A stretch of 64,000 nucleotides of DNA. Origin: Chloroflexota bacterium (lineage in GTDB: Bacteria > Chloroflexota > Limnocylindria > P2-11E). How positions within the stretch are numbered: the first letter of the stretch is position 1; each line of letters starts with the position of its first letter. The stretch covers positions 154,022 through 218,021 of the forward strand of contig JACQAT010000001.1 of the NCBI GenBank assembly GCA_016194865.1, read 5' to 3'. Shown piece by piece: positions 48,114-57,537 of the stretch. The position numbers and the translations under genes were made by a program. The notes under the pieces are model-generated. The model saw nothing but the letters and a program-made list of their open reading frames with translations. It did not search any database and was not told the DNA's origin.

Positions 48114-49421
48114 GTGCCGAGCATTACGAAGGCCCCCGACAAGCCAACGCTCCTCGGCGAGCGCGTCCGGATCGCACGCCACGCGCTCGGACTGTCCCAG
48201 TCGCAGCTTGCCGGGGCGGAGCTGACGAAGGGGTTCATCAGCCAGATCGAGTCCGGCCTGGTGCGCCCGTCGGTCCGATCGCTGCAGATCATCGCGAACC
48301 GCCTTGGCAAGCCGTTCGACTACTTCATCGGCGACGACCCGGCGGTCAGCAGGAAGCGCCTCGCCTTCCACCGCCTGGCCGCCGAAGCCGCCATGACCCG
48401 CCAGGACTGGCCCGCGCTGCGCAGCGAGATCGAGGCCGCGCTCCGGGAGTCGCCGGACAAGCGCGAGCGCTGCCGGCTCGTCGGCATGCTCTCGGCGGCC
48501 GATCTCGGTGAGGGCGATCGCGAGATGACGTTCACGCGGATCGCCGAAGCGCTTTCGGGTCTGGACCTCGATGCGGACGCCGCGGATATCGCGCAGCTGC
48601 TGTACCGAAAGGGCCGCGCCTACGCGCAGCTCGAGCAGCTCGTCGCCGCCACCGACGCGTACGAGGCCTCGCGCGCGATGGTCGAGAAGTACGAGATCAA
48701 CGACACGCGGCTGCGTTCGCGTCTGCTGGTCGCGCTCGGGACGATGTACCGCCGCCTCAACCGGACCGCGAAGGCCATGGCCACCTATGAGGCGGCGCTC
48801 GCGCAGGCGTCGCGCGCCTCCGAGCAGGAGATGGCGGCCCGTAGCTACATGGGCGTCGCCGCCACGCTCTACGACGCGGGCGAGTACGACTCCGCGATCT
48901 CGAACTACCGTCGCGCGCTCGCGCTCTGGCAGCACCTCGCCGACTCCGACTTCGAGCTGAACGCCATGCAGTCGCTCGCCGGGGTGCACTTCGAGCAGGG
49001 CGATCTCGTCGCGGCGCGGGAGATGGCCACCCGCTGCCTCTCGCGAGCGGAGAGCCTGGGTGACCGCCGCTGGGCTGCCGTGGCGCGCGTCGAGCTAGCA
49101 CGAGGCGAGCTGGCCGCCGGTCACATCCAGGAGGCGCTGTCACTGGCCGACCCAGCGGAACGGGTCCTCGCTGAGCTGGATGATCCCCAGCAGCAGGCGA
49201 GCGCGCTGCGCATCCTCGGCGCCGCGCACGAAGCTGCCGGCGACCATGGCGCCGCCGACCGCGCGTATCTCGCCTCCATCGAGCTGCTCACCGGCATCGA
49301 CCACTTCGCGTCACGGAGCGTCACGTCCGCGGAGTACGCGCAGCATCTTCGCGCACGGGGCGAGATCGACAAGGCTTTCTCGATGCTGGAGCTCGCGCGG
49401 GGTGCCGCCGCCCGCCACTAG
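48114..49421 (+). CDS. Cro/C1 (XRE)-type HTH + TPR-domain transcriptional regulator, copy 1
   Basis: Trimmed from track ORF 47379..49421 to GTG 48114 (GGGAGG RBS). HTH: LGERVRIARHALGLSQSQLAG...FISQIESGLVRPSVRSLQIIANRLGKP. About 350 aa of TPR-like repeats follow. Confidence 0.8.
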   Translation: MPSITKAPDKPTLLGERVRIARHALGLSQSQLAGAELTKGFISQIESGLVRPSVRSLQIIANRLGKPFDYFIGDDPAVSRKRLAFHRLAAEAAMTRQDWPALRSEIEAALRESPDKRERCRLVGMLSAADLGEGDREMTFTRIAEALSGLDLDADAADIAQLLYRKGRAYAQLEQLVAATDAYEASRAMVEKYEINDTRLRSRLLVALGTMYRRLNRTAKAMATYEAALAQASRASEQEMAARSYMGVAATLYDAGEYDSAISNYRRALALWQHLADSDFELNAMQSLAGVHFEQGDLVAAREMATRCLSRAESLGDRRWAAVARVELARGELAAGHIQEALSLADPAERVLAELDDPQQQASALRILGAAHEAAGDHGAADRAYLASIELLTGIDHFASRSVTSAEYAQHLRARGEIDKAFSMLELARGAAARH

Positions 49422-49438
49422 TCACTAGCATTCCGGAC

Positions 49439-51193
49439 GTGCCCCGCACTCCCCTGAGCTACGACAACGCAGGCATCGCGAGCGTGCTTGATGAGATCGG
49501 CGATCTCCTGGAGCTCAAGGGCGAGAACGTGTTCCGCGCCGTCACGTACCGCGCGGCAGCGAGAGCGATCCGCGATCTGCGCAGTCCGCTCAAGGACTAC
49601 ATGGAGGCGGGCACGCTCGAGTCGATCCCAAAGGTGGGGAAGAGCGTCAAAGATGTCATCGAGCAGCTCCTGACCACCGGGACGGCCACGCGGCACGAGG
49701 AGCTGCGCGCGGCGGTCCCGGATGGCCTGCTGACGCTGCTGCGCGTGCCCGGCGTCGGTCCTTCGACCGCCCGGACGATCTACGACCACCTCAAGATCAC
49801 GACCATCGACGAGCTCGAGGAGGCCGCGAAGAGCGGTCGGCTGCGCCAGCTCCCGAAGATCCAGGCGAAGACCGAAGAGAACATCCTCAAGTCCATCGCC
49901 TCGTTCCGATCACGGACCGGGCGTTCTCTCATCGTGGATGCACAAGCCGCCGCGAACGCGATTCTGGAGTGGCTCCAGAACGAGGCGACCTTCGACCGGA
50001 TCACCGTCGCGGGGAGCCTGCGCCGCTGGCGGGAGACCATCGGCGACATCGACGTGCTGGTCGCGTCCGCCGACGCGGCGCCGATCATGGCGGCGTTCAC
50101 GCGCGCCCCAACGGTCGAGCGCGTGCTCGCGAACGGGGAGACGAAGTCCTCCGTCGTCATCGACCGCGGCCTGCAGATCGATCTCCGGGTGGTGCCGCTC
50201 GCGTCGTGGGGTGCCGCGCAGATGTACTTCACGGGCTCGAAGGAGCACAACGTGCGGCTGCGCGGCATCGCGCTCCGCAAGAAGCTTCTGCTCAACGAGT
50301 ACGGCCTGTACCGCGTCGGCGAGGAGAAGACCGGCACGCCTGTGGCGTCACGGACGGAGGAGGAGATCTACGCGGTGCTCGGCATGGAGTGGATCCCGCC
50401 GGAGCTGCGCGAGGACCACGGCGAGATCGACGCGGCCGTCGCGCACAAGCTGCCGGCGCTCGTCGAGGTCGCGGACATCACCGGCGACCTGCACACGCAT
50501 TCGAACTGGACCGACGGACGCGATCCGATCATCGACATGGCCCGCCGCGCGCGCGACAAGGGCTACGCCTACATGGCGCTGACCGACCACTCCGTGGGTC
50601 TTGGCATGACGCAGGGCCTGAACGTCGAGCGGATCGCGGCGCGCAGCGCGGAGATCGCGAAGGTGAATCGCGAGCTGGCGCCGTTCCGTGTCCTCATCGG
50701 CACCGAGGTCGACATCCGCGCGAACGGCAATCTCGACTATCCCGACGAGTTGCTGGCGCAGTTCGACATCGTGACGGCGTCCGTGCACTCCGCGTTCTCC
50801 CAGCCGCGCGCGCAGATGACGCGGCGGATCATCGGAGCGATGGAGCATCCGCTCGTCGACGCGATCTCGCACCCCACAGGGCGCCTACTTGAAAAACGAG
50901 ATCCGTACGACGTCGACATGACGGCGTTGATCGACGCGGCGGTGCGCACGCGCACGCGGCTCGAGGTCAACGGCGGCCCGGAGCGCCTCGACCTCCCGGA
51001 CATCTGCGTGCACGAGGCGCTCGAGAAGGGCGCCGAGCTCGTCATCAGCTCCGACGCGCACCGGGTCGAGGAGCTCGAATGGATGGCGCTCGGCGTCGCG
51101 ACCGCGCGCCGCGGCTGGACGACGAAGAAGAGCGTCGCGAACACGCGATCGCTCGACGAGATCATGGGCTCCCGCAAGCGCGCTGAGAGGTGA
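49439..51193 (+). CDS. polX: family X DNA polymerase with C-terminal PHP domain (PolX)
   Basis: HhH motifs (GVGPSTARTIY), catalytic GSLRRWRETIGDIDVLV, and PHP motifs DLHTHSNWTDG and SSDAH. Confidence 0.9.
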   Translation: MPRTPLSYDNAGIASVLDEIGDLLELKGENVFRAVTYRAAARAIRDLRSPLKDYMEAGTLESIPKVGKSVKDVIEQLLTTGTATRHEELRAAVPDGLLTLLRVPGVGPSTARTIYDHLKITTIDELEEAAKSGRLRQLPKIQAKTEENILKSIASFRSRTGRSLIVDAQAAANAILEWLQNEATFDRITVAGSLRRWRETIGDIDVLVASADAAPIMAAFTRAPTVERVLANGETKSSVVIDRGLQIDLRVVPLASWGAAQMYFTGSKEHNVRLRGIALRKKLLLNEYGLYRVGEEKTGTPVASRTEEEIYAVLGMEWIPPELREDHGEIDAAVAHKLPALVEVADITGDLHTHSNWTDGRDPIIDMARRARDKGYAYMALTDHSVGLGMTQGLNVERIAARSAEIAKVNRELAPFRVLIGTEVDIRANGNLDYPDELLAQFDIVTASVHSAFSQPRAQMTRRIIGAMEHPLVDAISHPTGRLLEKRDPYDVDMTALIDAAVRTRTRLEVNGGPERLDLPDICVHEALEKGAELVISSDAHRVEELEWMALGVATARRGWTTKKSVANTRSLDEIMGSRKRAER

Positions 51194-51423
51194 CCCGCGC
51201 CCGCTTCATCGTGCGCGGCCGCGTCCAGGGCGTGGGCTTCCGTGTGGCGGCGCAGCACCGCGCGGCGCAGCTCGGTCTGTCAGTTCAGGTGTGGAATCGC
51301 GATGACGGCGGGTTCGAGTGCGTGGCCGACGGCTTGGACGCGGCGATCGCCGAGCTGGAACGCTGGCTGCATCGGGGACCGTCGCTCGCCCGGGTGGACG
51401 GCGTCGAGCGGCGAGAGGCTTAG
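51190..51423 (+). CDS. acyP: acylphosphatase
   Basis: VRGRVQGVGFR signature. 77 aa. GTGA overlap with polX. Confidence 0.85.
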   Translation: MTRARFIVRGRVQGVGFRVAAQHRAAQLGLSVQVWNRDDGGFECVADGLDAAIAELERWLHRGPSLARVDGVERREA

Positions 51424-51809
51424 CGCCGCCGCTTCTTCTTTGCCTTCGGGATGTACTTCTGGCGCCGCTGCTCGCGCAGCCATTCGAGCTCGCGCGGCGG
51501 CAGCACGTAGAGGTAGATGGATCCGAGGATCCCCAGGTCGATGGCGAACGTCACGCCGGTCCAGAAGAACGGCGCCTTCGCGATCACGAGCACCAGGACC
51601 CAGATGAGGATGACCACGTTGATCCAGAACGCCCACGGGCGGAGGGCGTGCTCCGCGGGCGCGGAGTCGCGATCCTGTGGCCACGCGTACCAGACGATGT
51701 TCGCCACGAGCGTGATCCCAAGGCCGATGACGAACGGCCAATAGAAGCGCGACTCGGAGTTGAACGGGTCGAAGAGACGGGCCCAGAGATGGCCCGGGTC
51801 GAATGGCAC
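51420..51809 (-). CDS. hypothetical membrane protein with poly-basic C-terminus
   Basis: Three or four hydrophobic segments. Ends KYIPKAKKKRRR. Confidence 0.55.
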   Translation of the reverse strand: MPFDPGHLWARLFDPFNSESRFYWPFVIGLGITLVANIVWYAWPQDRDSAPAEHALRPWAFWINVVILIWVLVLVIAKAPFFWTGVTFAIDLGILGSIYLYVLPPRELEWLREQRRQKYIPKAKKKRRR

Positions 51810-51868
51810 GGGCGGCTATACTACCGTTGCAAACCGACGCACCACGTGATCGATGTTTGGGGGACCAC

Positions 51869-53407
51869 GTGCGCGCACTCCTCTCAGTCGACGACAAGAC
51901 AGGACTTGTGGCGTTCGCGCGCGGACTCCAGGAGATCGGCTGGGAGCTGATCGCCACCGACGGAACGCTCGCGGCGCTCGCGGCCGAAGGCATCACCGCT
52001 CGCTCGGTCGAGGATGTGACCGGCTCGCCCGTCCTGCTCGGCGGTCGCGTCAAGACGCTCCACCCGAAGATCCACGCGGCGATCCTCGCGAAGCGTTCCG
52101 ACGCGAGCCACGCGGCCGACCTCGAACGCGAGAGCATCGTGCCGATCGACCTCGTCGCCGCGAACCTGTATCCGTTCCAGCGCGCGGCCGCGTCGGGTGT
52201 GACCGGTGACGCGCTGCTCGAGAAGATCGACATCGGCGGCCTGACGCTCCTGCGCGCCGCGGCGAAGAACCATCTCGACGTCGTCGTCGTGAGCCGGCCG
52301 GAGCGCTACGTCGCGATCCTCGAGGAGCTGCGCGAGCGCGGGTCCGTCTCCACCGAAACGCGCCGCCAGCTCGCCGCGGAGGCCTTCTCGCACACGGCCG
52401 CGTACGACGCGACGATCGCGTCGCGCCTCTCCGCTGCGGCCGGCGTCTCGTTCCCTCAGGATCTGACGCTCTCGCTCGAGAAGGTCCGCGACCTCCGGTA
52501 CGGGGAGAACCCGCATCAGCAGGCCGCGTTCTACCGCGTGCGCGGCGAGAACGGCGCGATGACGTCCATGGAGCAGCTGCACGGTAAGGCGACGAGCTTC
52601 AACAACATGCTCGACATCAACTCCGCGTGGCGCATGGTGACGGACTTCACGCAGCCCACGGTCGCGATCGTCAAGCACCAGAACCCGTGCGGCATCGCCT
52701 CCGAGACCACGATCGCGAAGGCCTACGGGCGCGCGTTCCTCTGCGACTCGGTCTCGGCCTTCGGCGGGATCGTCGGCTGCAACCGGCCGGTGAGCGCGGA
52801 GCTGGCGCGCGCTCTCCAGGACACCTTCTACGAGGCGATCATCGCGCCCGGCTACGCCGACGACGCGCTGCCGCTGCTGCGCGAGCGGCGCAACCTCGAG
52901 ATACTGGCGGTCCCCGGCTACGACCCGAAGCGCGGTCGCACCGACAAGGGCGCCCTCGACATCAAGCGCGTGTCGGGCGGCGTGCTCGTGCAGACGCCTG
53001 ATGACAGCGCGCCCGAGGAATCGAATTTCAAGGCCGTCACCGAGCGGCACCCGACGCTCGAGGAGCTCACCGATCTCATCTTCGCGTGGCGCTGCGTGCG
53101 CCATGTGACCTCGAACGGCATCGTGCTGGTCAAGGGGCTCGCGACCGTCGGCGTCGGTCCGGGGCAGCTCTCTCGCGTCGTTGCGGTCGAGGTCGCGGTC
53201 CGCAAGGCCGGCGAGAACGCGCGCCTCGCGGTGATGGCGTCCGACGCCTACTTCCCGTTCCCGGATGGCATCGAGGTCGCCGCTCGCGCGGGCGTGACCG
53301 CGATCATCCAGCCAGGTGGCTCGCTCCGCGATCAGATGATGATCGACACCGCGAACCGCCACCGCATGGCGATGCTCTTCACCGGACGGCGCCACTTCAA
53401 GCACTAG
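51869..53407 (+). CDS. purH: bifunctional AICAR transformylase / IMP cyclohydrolase
   Basis: Trimmed to GTG 51869. VRALLSVDDKTGLV ... GGRVKTLHP ... IVKHQNPCG. Confidence 0.95.
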   Translation: MRALLSVDDKTGLVAFARGLQEIGWELIATDGTLAALAAEGITARSVEDVTGSPVLLGGRVKTLHPKIHAAILAKRSDASHAADLERESIVPIDLVAANLYPFQRAAASGVTGDALLEKIDIGGLTLLRAAAKNHLDVVVVSRPERYVAILEELRERGSVSTETRRQLAAEAFSHTAAYDATIASRLSAAAGVSFPQDLTLSLEKVRDLRYGENPHQQAAFYRVRGENGAMTSMEQLHGKATSFNNMLDINSAWRMVTDFTQPTVAIVKHQNPCGIASETTIAKAYGRAFLCDSVSAFGGIVGCNRPVSAELARALQDTFYEAIIAPGYADDALPLLRERRNLEILAVPGYDPKRGRTDKGALDIKRVSGGVLVQTPDDSAPEESNFKAVTERHPTLEELTDLIFAWRCVRHVTSNGIVLVKGLATVGVGPGQLSRVVAVEVAVRKAGENARLAVMASDAYFPFPDGIEVAARAGVTAIIQPGGSLRDQMMIDTANRHRMAMLFTGRRHFKH

Positions 53408-54099
53408 GCGAGCTCGAGGTAGCGGAACCCCTCCGCGGCTTCGAGTCCCCAGCCGCGGCCCGTCGAGCCGGCGAACGCGCGCATGCGCTGCGAGAGGCCC
53501 TTGAAGTCACCGACCTGGCTCTTGTGCGAGCCGATCGCATCGATCTTGCGATCGAGCGTCGAGGTGATGTCGAACCAGACGTTCGGCTCGGCCGTCCCGA
53601 AGAGGTAGACGTGCCTCACGCGGTGGTGCGTGAGCTTGCCGCGCAGCTGCTCCTTGAAGAACAGGTGGTCGCGCGCGGCGATGATGCCGTCCATCGCGCT
53701 CCAGCCCGCGACGCGATGGTCGGGATGCATCTGGTATTCGCGCCATGGATCCTGCGCGAAGACGACGTCGGGCTTGTGGATGCGGATCGCCTTGCAGACC
53801 TCGCCGCGCAGCTTCATCGAGACCTCGAGCTCGCCGTCGTCGTGCCGCAGGAACGTGAACTCCTTCGCGCCGACGACGCGCCCCGCCGCCTGCTGCTCCT
53901 TCTCGCGGATGCGTGAGAGCCGCAGCGGCGTCATCTTCGGATCGTGCGTGCCCTTGTTGCCGCTGGTGAGGAGGCAGTACGTGATGTGCACGCCGCGATC
54001 GGCCCAGAGCGCGAGCGTGCCCGAGCAGCCGAAGTCCACGTCGTCGGGGTGCGCGAAGATCGCCATGGCCCGCTTCGGCAGTGGGAACTCGTCCGCCAC
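53404..54099 (-). CDS. PIG-L/LmbE-family N-acetylglucosaminyl deacetylase
   Basis: AMAIFAHPDDVDFGCSGT ... HPDHR. Confidence 0.8.
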   Translation of the reverse strand: MADEFPLPKRAMAIFAHPDDVDFGCSGTLALWADRGVHITYCLLTSGNKGTHDPKMTPLRLSRIREKEQQAAGRVVGAKEFTFLRHDDGELEVSMKLRGEVCKAIRIHKPDVVFAQDPWREYQMHPDHRVAGWSAMDGIIAARDHLFFKEQLRGKLTHHRVRHVYLFGTAEPNVWFDITSTLDRKIDAIGSHKSQVGDFKGLSQRMRAFAGSTGRGWGLEAAEGFRYLELA

Positions 54100-54102
54100 G
54101 CC

Positions 54103-55353
54103 CTAGACCTCCACCTTCTCGAGGACGCTCTCGTAGAGCGCGACGATCTGCTCGCCCACGGCGTGCCAGGTGAACCCTTCCGCGCGCTGCCGCGCGCCGT
54201 GCGCGAGATGGATGCGCAGCCGATGATCGACCAGCACGCGCGCGATCGCCTCGGCGAGCGCCTGGTAATCGCCGGCTGGGACCAGCAGTCCCGATTCGCC
54301 GTCCTCGATGACCGTCTGCAGGCCGCCCACGCGCGTTCCAACCACCGGCGTGCCGCAGGCCATCGCCTCGAGCGCCACGAGCCCGAACGATTCGGTCAGC
54401 GACGGCACCGCGCACAGATCCGCGGCCGCGTAGTACAGCGCGAGCTGCTCCTGATCGCGCGAGCCGACGAAATCCACGTTGTCCTCCATCCGGTTGTCGT
54501 GGACGAGCCGGCGCAGCTCGAGGATCTTCTCGGTCTCGGGCGCGTCTTCGCCGGGATCGAGCGCGCCGCCGACCACGAGGAGGCAGACCTCCGAGCGCAG
54601 CTCCGGCCGGCGGAAGAACAGGAGCCCGAGCGACTTGAGCAGGACGTCGATGCCCTTGATCTGCTCGATGCGGCCGACGAACAGGATGATCCGCTCGCAC
54701 TGGTCGCGGTGCGTCGCCTCGCGCGCGTCGGCCTGGCGGATCGGATGGAAGACCACCGGGTCCACGCCGCACGGGATGATCCGCATGCGGGCGTCGTCCG
54801 CGTCGTAGAGATCGCGCAGCTCCGTCGCCTCGATCTCGCTGGCGGCCACGACCGCCGCCGAGGTGCGGACGGCCGCGCGCTCGATGTCGATGCGCAGGTC
54901 GCTCTCGCCGTCGATGTCCTCGTCCATCACCTCGCGCTTCACGAGACCGAGCGTGTGGAACATCTGGATCACCGGCACGTGCCACCTGGCGCTCAGCCGG
55001 CGCGCGACGTCCGCGGACAGCCAGTAGTGCGCGTGGATGAGGTCGTAGCGCAGACCCTCGGACGCGACGTGCTCCTCGAGGCGGGCGGTGAACTCCTCGA
55101 GCCGGTCGTAGACCTGCATCTTCGGCAGGTAGCCGATCGGGCCGGACTCGATGTGGATCACGCGCGCGTTCGGGCCGAGGCTCTGGATGCGCGGGTCGCC
55201 GGGCTCGCGCCAGCGCGTGAACACGTCGACCTCGATCCCACGCGCACCGAGGTCGCGTGCGAGCTCTCGGACGTAGACGTTCGCGCCGCCCGAGTCGCGG
55301 CCGCCGAGCTTCGCGAGCGGGCACGCGTGCACGGACAGCATCGCGATCCTCAC
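54103..55353 (-). CDS. GT4 glycosyltransferase, MshA-like
   Basis: MRIAMLSVHACPLAKLGGRDSGGANVYVRELA closely resembles the MshA N-terminus. C-terminal ESFGLVALEAMACGTPVV. The GTG start overlaps the upstream stop. Confidence 0.75.
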   Translation of the reverse strand: MRIAMLSVHACPLAKLGGRDSGGANVYVRELARDLGARGIEVDVFTRWREPGDPRIQSLGPNARVIHIESGPIGYLPKMQVYDRLEEFTARLEEHVASEGLRYDLIHAHYWLSADVARRLSARWHVPVIQMFHTLGLVKREVMDEDIDGESDLRIDIERAAVRTSAAVVAASEIEATELRDLYDADDARMRIIPCGVDPVVFHPIRQADAREATHRDQCERIILFVGRIEQIKGIDVLLKSLGLLFFRRPELRSEVCLLVVGGALDPGEDAPETEKILELRRLVHDNRMEDNVDFVGSRDQEQLALYYAAADLCAVPSLTESFGLVALEAMACGTPVVGTRVGGLQTVIEDGESGLLVPAGDYQALAEAIARVLVDHRLRIHLAHGARQRAEGFTWHAVGEQIVALYESVLEKVEV

Positions 55354-56348
55354 GCGGGCACCCGGTCGGCGAGCAGCTCCGCGAGGTAGCGGTCACGCGC
55401 GCCGAGGTCGTACTTGTACGGCTCGTCGCCGCGCAGCAGGTCGTAGACGTTCATGCCCTCGGCGATCGCGTCGCGGATCGCCCACGCGTGGCTGGCGATG
55501 CCGATCGACAGCGAGGAGAGCCCCGGGTCGTACGCCGCGTTGTAGAGCGCGAGCGTCTGCCGGTACGCGAAGCCGAAGAGGATCGCGACATCGGTACCGT
55601 CGACGTGCAGCGCGCCAAGGCGCAGACGGCCGAGCGGCGCGAGCGCCTCGGCGACGTCGCGGAAGAATCGCTCGACCGGGGGTGTCATGAAGTCGGCCTT
55701 GCGGCCGTGGGACAGGCGGTGCAGCTCGAAGAAGCGATCGAGCACCGCCGGCCGCTCGGCGTCGCTCACCGTGCGATACGACGCGGTCGCGGTCGTCTCG
55801 AGCCTGCGCAGCTTGCGCCGCAGCTCGTGCCGCTCCTTCTTTCCGAGGGACTGCACGTACGTCTCGAAATCGGCCGGCAAAGGCAGCGACGGCGACGTCA
55901 CGAGCCGCCGCTGCGTCACGGCGTACCCCGCGCGCGTGAGCTCGGTCGCCACCGCGGGAAGGGTCGGGGAGTCCTCGAAGACGAACGAGAGGCGAACGCA
56001 TGGTGGACGCTCGCGCGCGAGCCAGCGCCCGAGCGCGCCTGCCGCCGCGGCCTCGGTCCCGGGCGCCGCGACCACATCCTGGAGATCCGTCAGCTCGCCC
56101 CCTGCGAAGCGAATGGCCCCGTCGGGATCCCGTGCCAGCGCGGCGATGCCACGGACCGGGTCTCCGATCGCGAGCGTGATGGATGTGCCCGCATCGTGTG
56201 CGCGCGCGACCGAGAGCCACTCCGGCGTGAGGAAGATGCTCGGCTCGCTCCGTTGGTCGGCGAGCGCGCTCCACGCACCCGTGAGGGCCGCTGGGTCGCG
56301 CTCGATACAGGCTGCGTCGGGCCCGAGCGCGAGCGACGTCACTGTCAT
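55350..56348 (-). CDS. GNAT-fold acyl/aminoacyl-transferase (CelD/BcsL / FemAB-like, Acetyltransf_6 type)
   Basis: Trimmed from track ORF 55350..57626 to ATG 56348. FETYVQSLGKKERHELRRKLRRLE ... FFELHRLSHGRKA ... ALYNAAYDP ... DLLRGDEPYKYDLGA. Confidence 0.6.
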   Translation of the reverse strand: MTVTSLALGPDAACIERDPAALTGAWSALADQRSEPSIFLTPEWLSVARAHDAGTSITLAIGDPVRGIAALARDPDGAIRFAGGELTDLQDVVAAPGTEAAAAGALGRWLARERPPCVRLSFVFEDSPTLPAVATELTRAGYAVTQRRLVTSPSLPLPADFETYVQSLGKKERHELRRKLRRLETTATASYRTVSDAERPAVLDRFFELHRLSHGRKADFMTPPVERFFRDVAEALAPLGRLRLGALHVDGTDVAILFGFAYRQTLALYNAAYDPGLSSLSIGIASHAWAIRDAIAEGMNVYDLLRGDEPYKYDLGARDRYLAELLADRVPA

Positions 56349-56372
56349 CAGTCTAGGTGTCAGAATCGCGTG

Positions 56373-57527
56373 ATGCCCGCCGCTATTCCGCGGGTCTTGA
56401 TCGCGCCGCAATCGTTCAAGGGGAGCCTCGATGCCGTCGCGGTCGCCGGCGCGATCGCGCGCGGTCTTCGTCGCGTCTGGCCGAACGCGGTCTGCGATGA
56501 GCTGCCTCTCGCTGACGGAGGCGAGGGCACCGTGCGCGCGCTCGTCCGCGCGACGAAGGGGAAGCTGCGGCGCACGCTCGTTCACGATCCGCTCGGCCGC
56601 GAGATCGAGGCGGAGTGGGGGATCCTCGGTGACGGCACGACCGCCGTCGTCGAGATGGCCGCCGCGAGCGGGCTGCCGTTGCTCCTGCCGAGCGAGCGCG
56701 ATCCACGGATCACGTCGACGCGCGGCACCGGCGAGCTCATCCTCGCGGCGGCGGTGAGCGGTGCGCATCGGATCGTGATCGGCATCGGCGGCAGCGCCAC
56801 GAATGACGGCGGAGCGGGCATGGCGCGCGCGCTCGGCTATCGATTCCTCGATGCCGCCGGCGACGAGCTTCCCGAAGGAGGGGCCGCCCTCGCTCGTCTC
56901 CATCGCATCGACGGCCAGACCGATACGCGCCTCATCCGTCCGGCCATCGAGGTCGCCTGCGATGTCCGCAATCCGCTTCTCGGTCCCGAGGGCGCGTCGG
57001 CCGTCTATGGGCCGCAGAAAGGTGCGACGCCCGAGATGGTCGCGGAGCTCGACAGGGCGCTCGAGCGCTACGCCGGCGTGGTCGAGCGCTTCGTTGGTCG
57101 CAACGTGCGCGACGTCCCTGGCGCGGGCGCGGCGGGTGGGCTCGGGGCGGGACTCATCGCGTTCCTGGATGCGCATCTTCGATCCGGCGCGGAGCTCGTC
57201 CTCGAAGCGACCGGATTCGACGAACGGCTCGCGCACGCCGACCTCGTCATCACCGGCGAAGGGCGTCTGGATCAGCAGAGCGCGTACGGCAAGCTCACGC
57301 AGGCGGTGACGAAGCGCGCCGCCGCGAAGGGCAGGCCCGTCATCGCGATCGTCGGCGGGACCGGCGAGGGGCACGAGGCGCTCTTCGAACAGGGACTCAC
57401 CGCGATCGAGCCGACGAGCGACGGACCGATGTCCCTTGGCGATGCCATGGCGCACGCGGACGCGCTCATCCAAGCGGCGGCGGAGCGCGTCGCGCGCATC
57501 GTGCAGGTTGGCCGCCAACTCGGTTAG
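56373..57527 (+). CDS. glxK: glycerate kinase
   Basis: Trimmed to ATG 56373 (GTG 56370 is also possible). [48 protein letters not shown]. Confidence 0.85.
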   Translation: MPAAIPRVLIAPQSFKGSLDAVAVAGAIARGLRRVWPNAVCDELPLADGGEGTVRALVRATKGKLRRTLVHDPLGREIEAEWGILGDGTTAVVEMAAASGLPLLLPSERDPRITSTRGTGELILAAAVSGAHRIVIGIGGSATNDGGAGMARALGYRFLDAAGDELPEGGAALARLHRIDGQTDTRLIRPAIEVACDVRNPLLGPEGASAVYGPQKGATPEMVAELDRALERYAGVVERFVGRNVRDVPGAGAAGGLGAGLIAFLDAHLRSGAELVLEATGFDERLAHADLVITGEGRLDQQSAYGKLTQAVTKRAAAKGRPVIAIVGGTGEGHEALFEQGLTAIEPTSDGPMSLGDAMAHADALIQAAAERVARIVQVGRQLG

Positions 57528-57537
57528 CGTTGACGCG

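Noticed and set aside
51190-51423. PolX-acylphosphatase GTGA coupling as a functional module
   Set aside because: The overlap is real, but 4-nt overlaps are pervasive in this window. There is no mechanistic or motif-level reason to link the two activities, so I treat it as ordinary operon packing.
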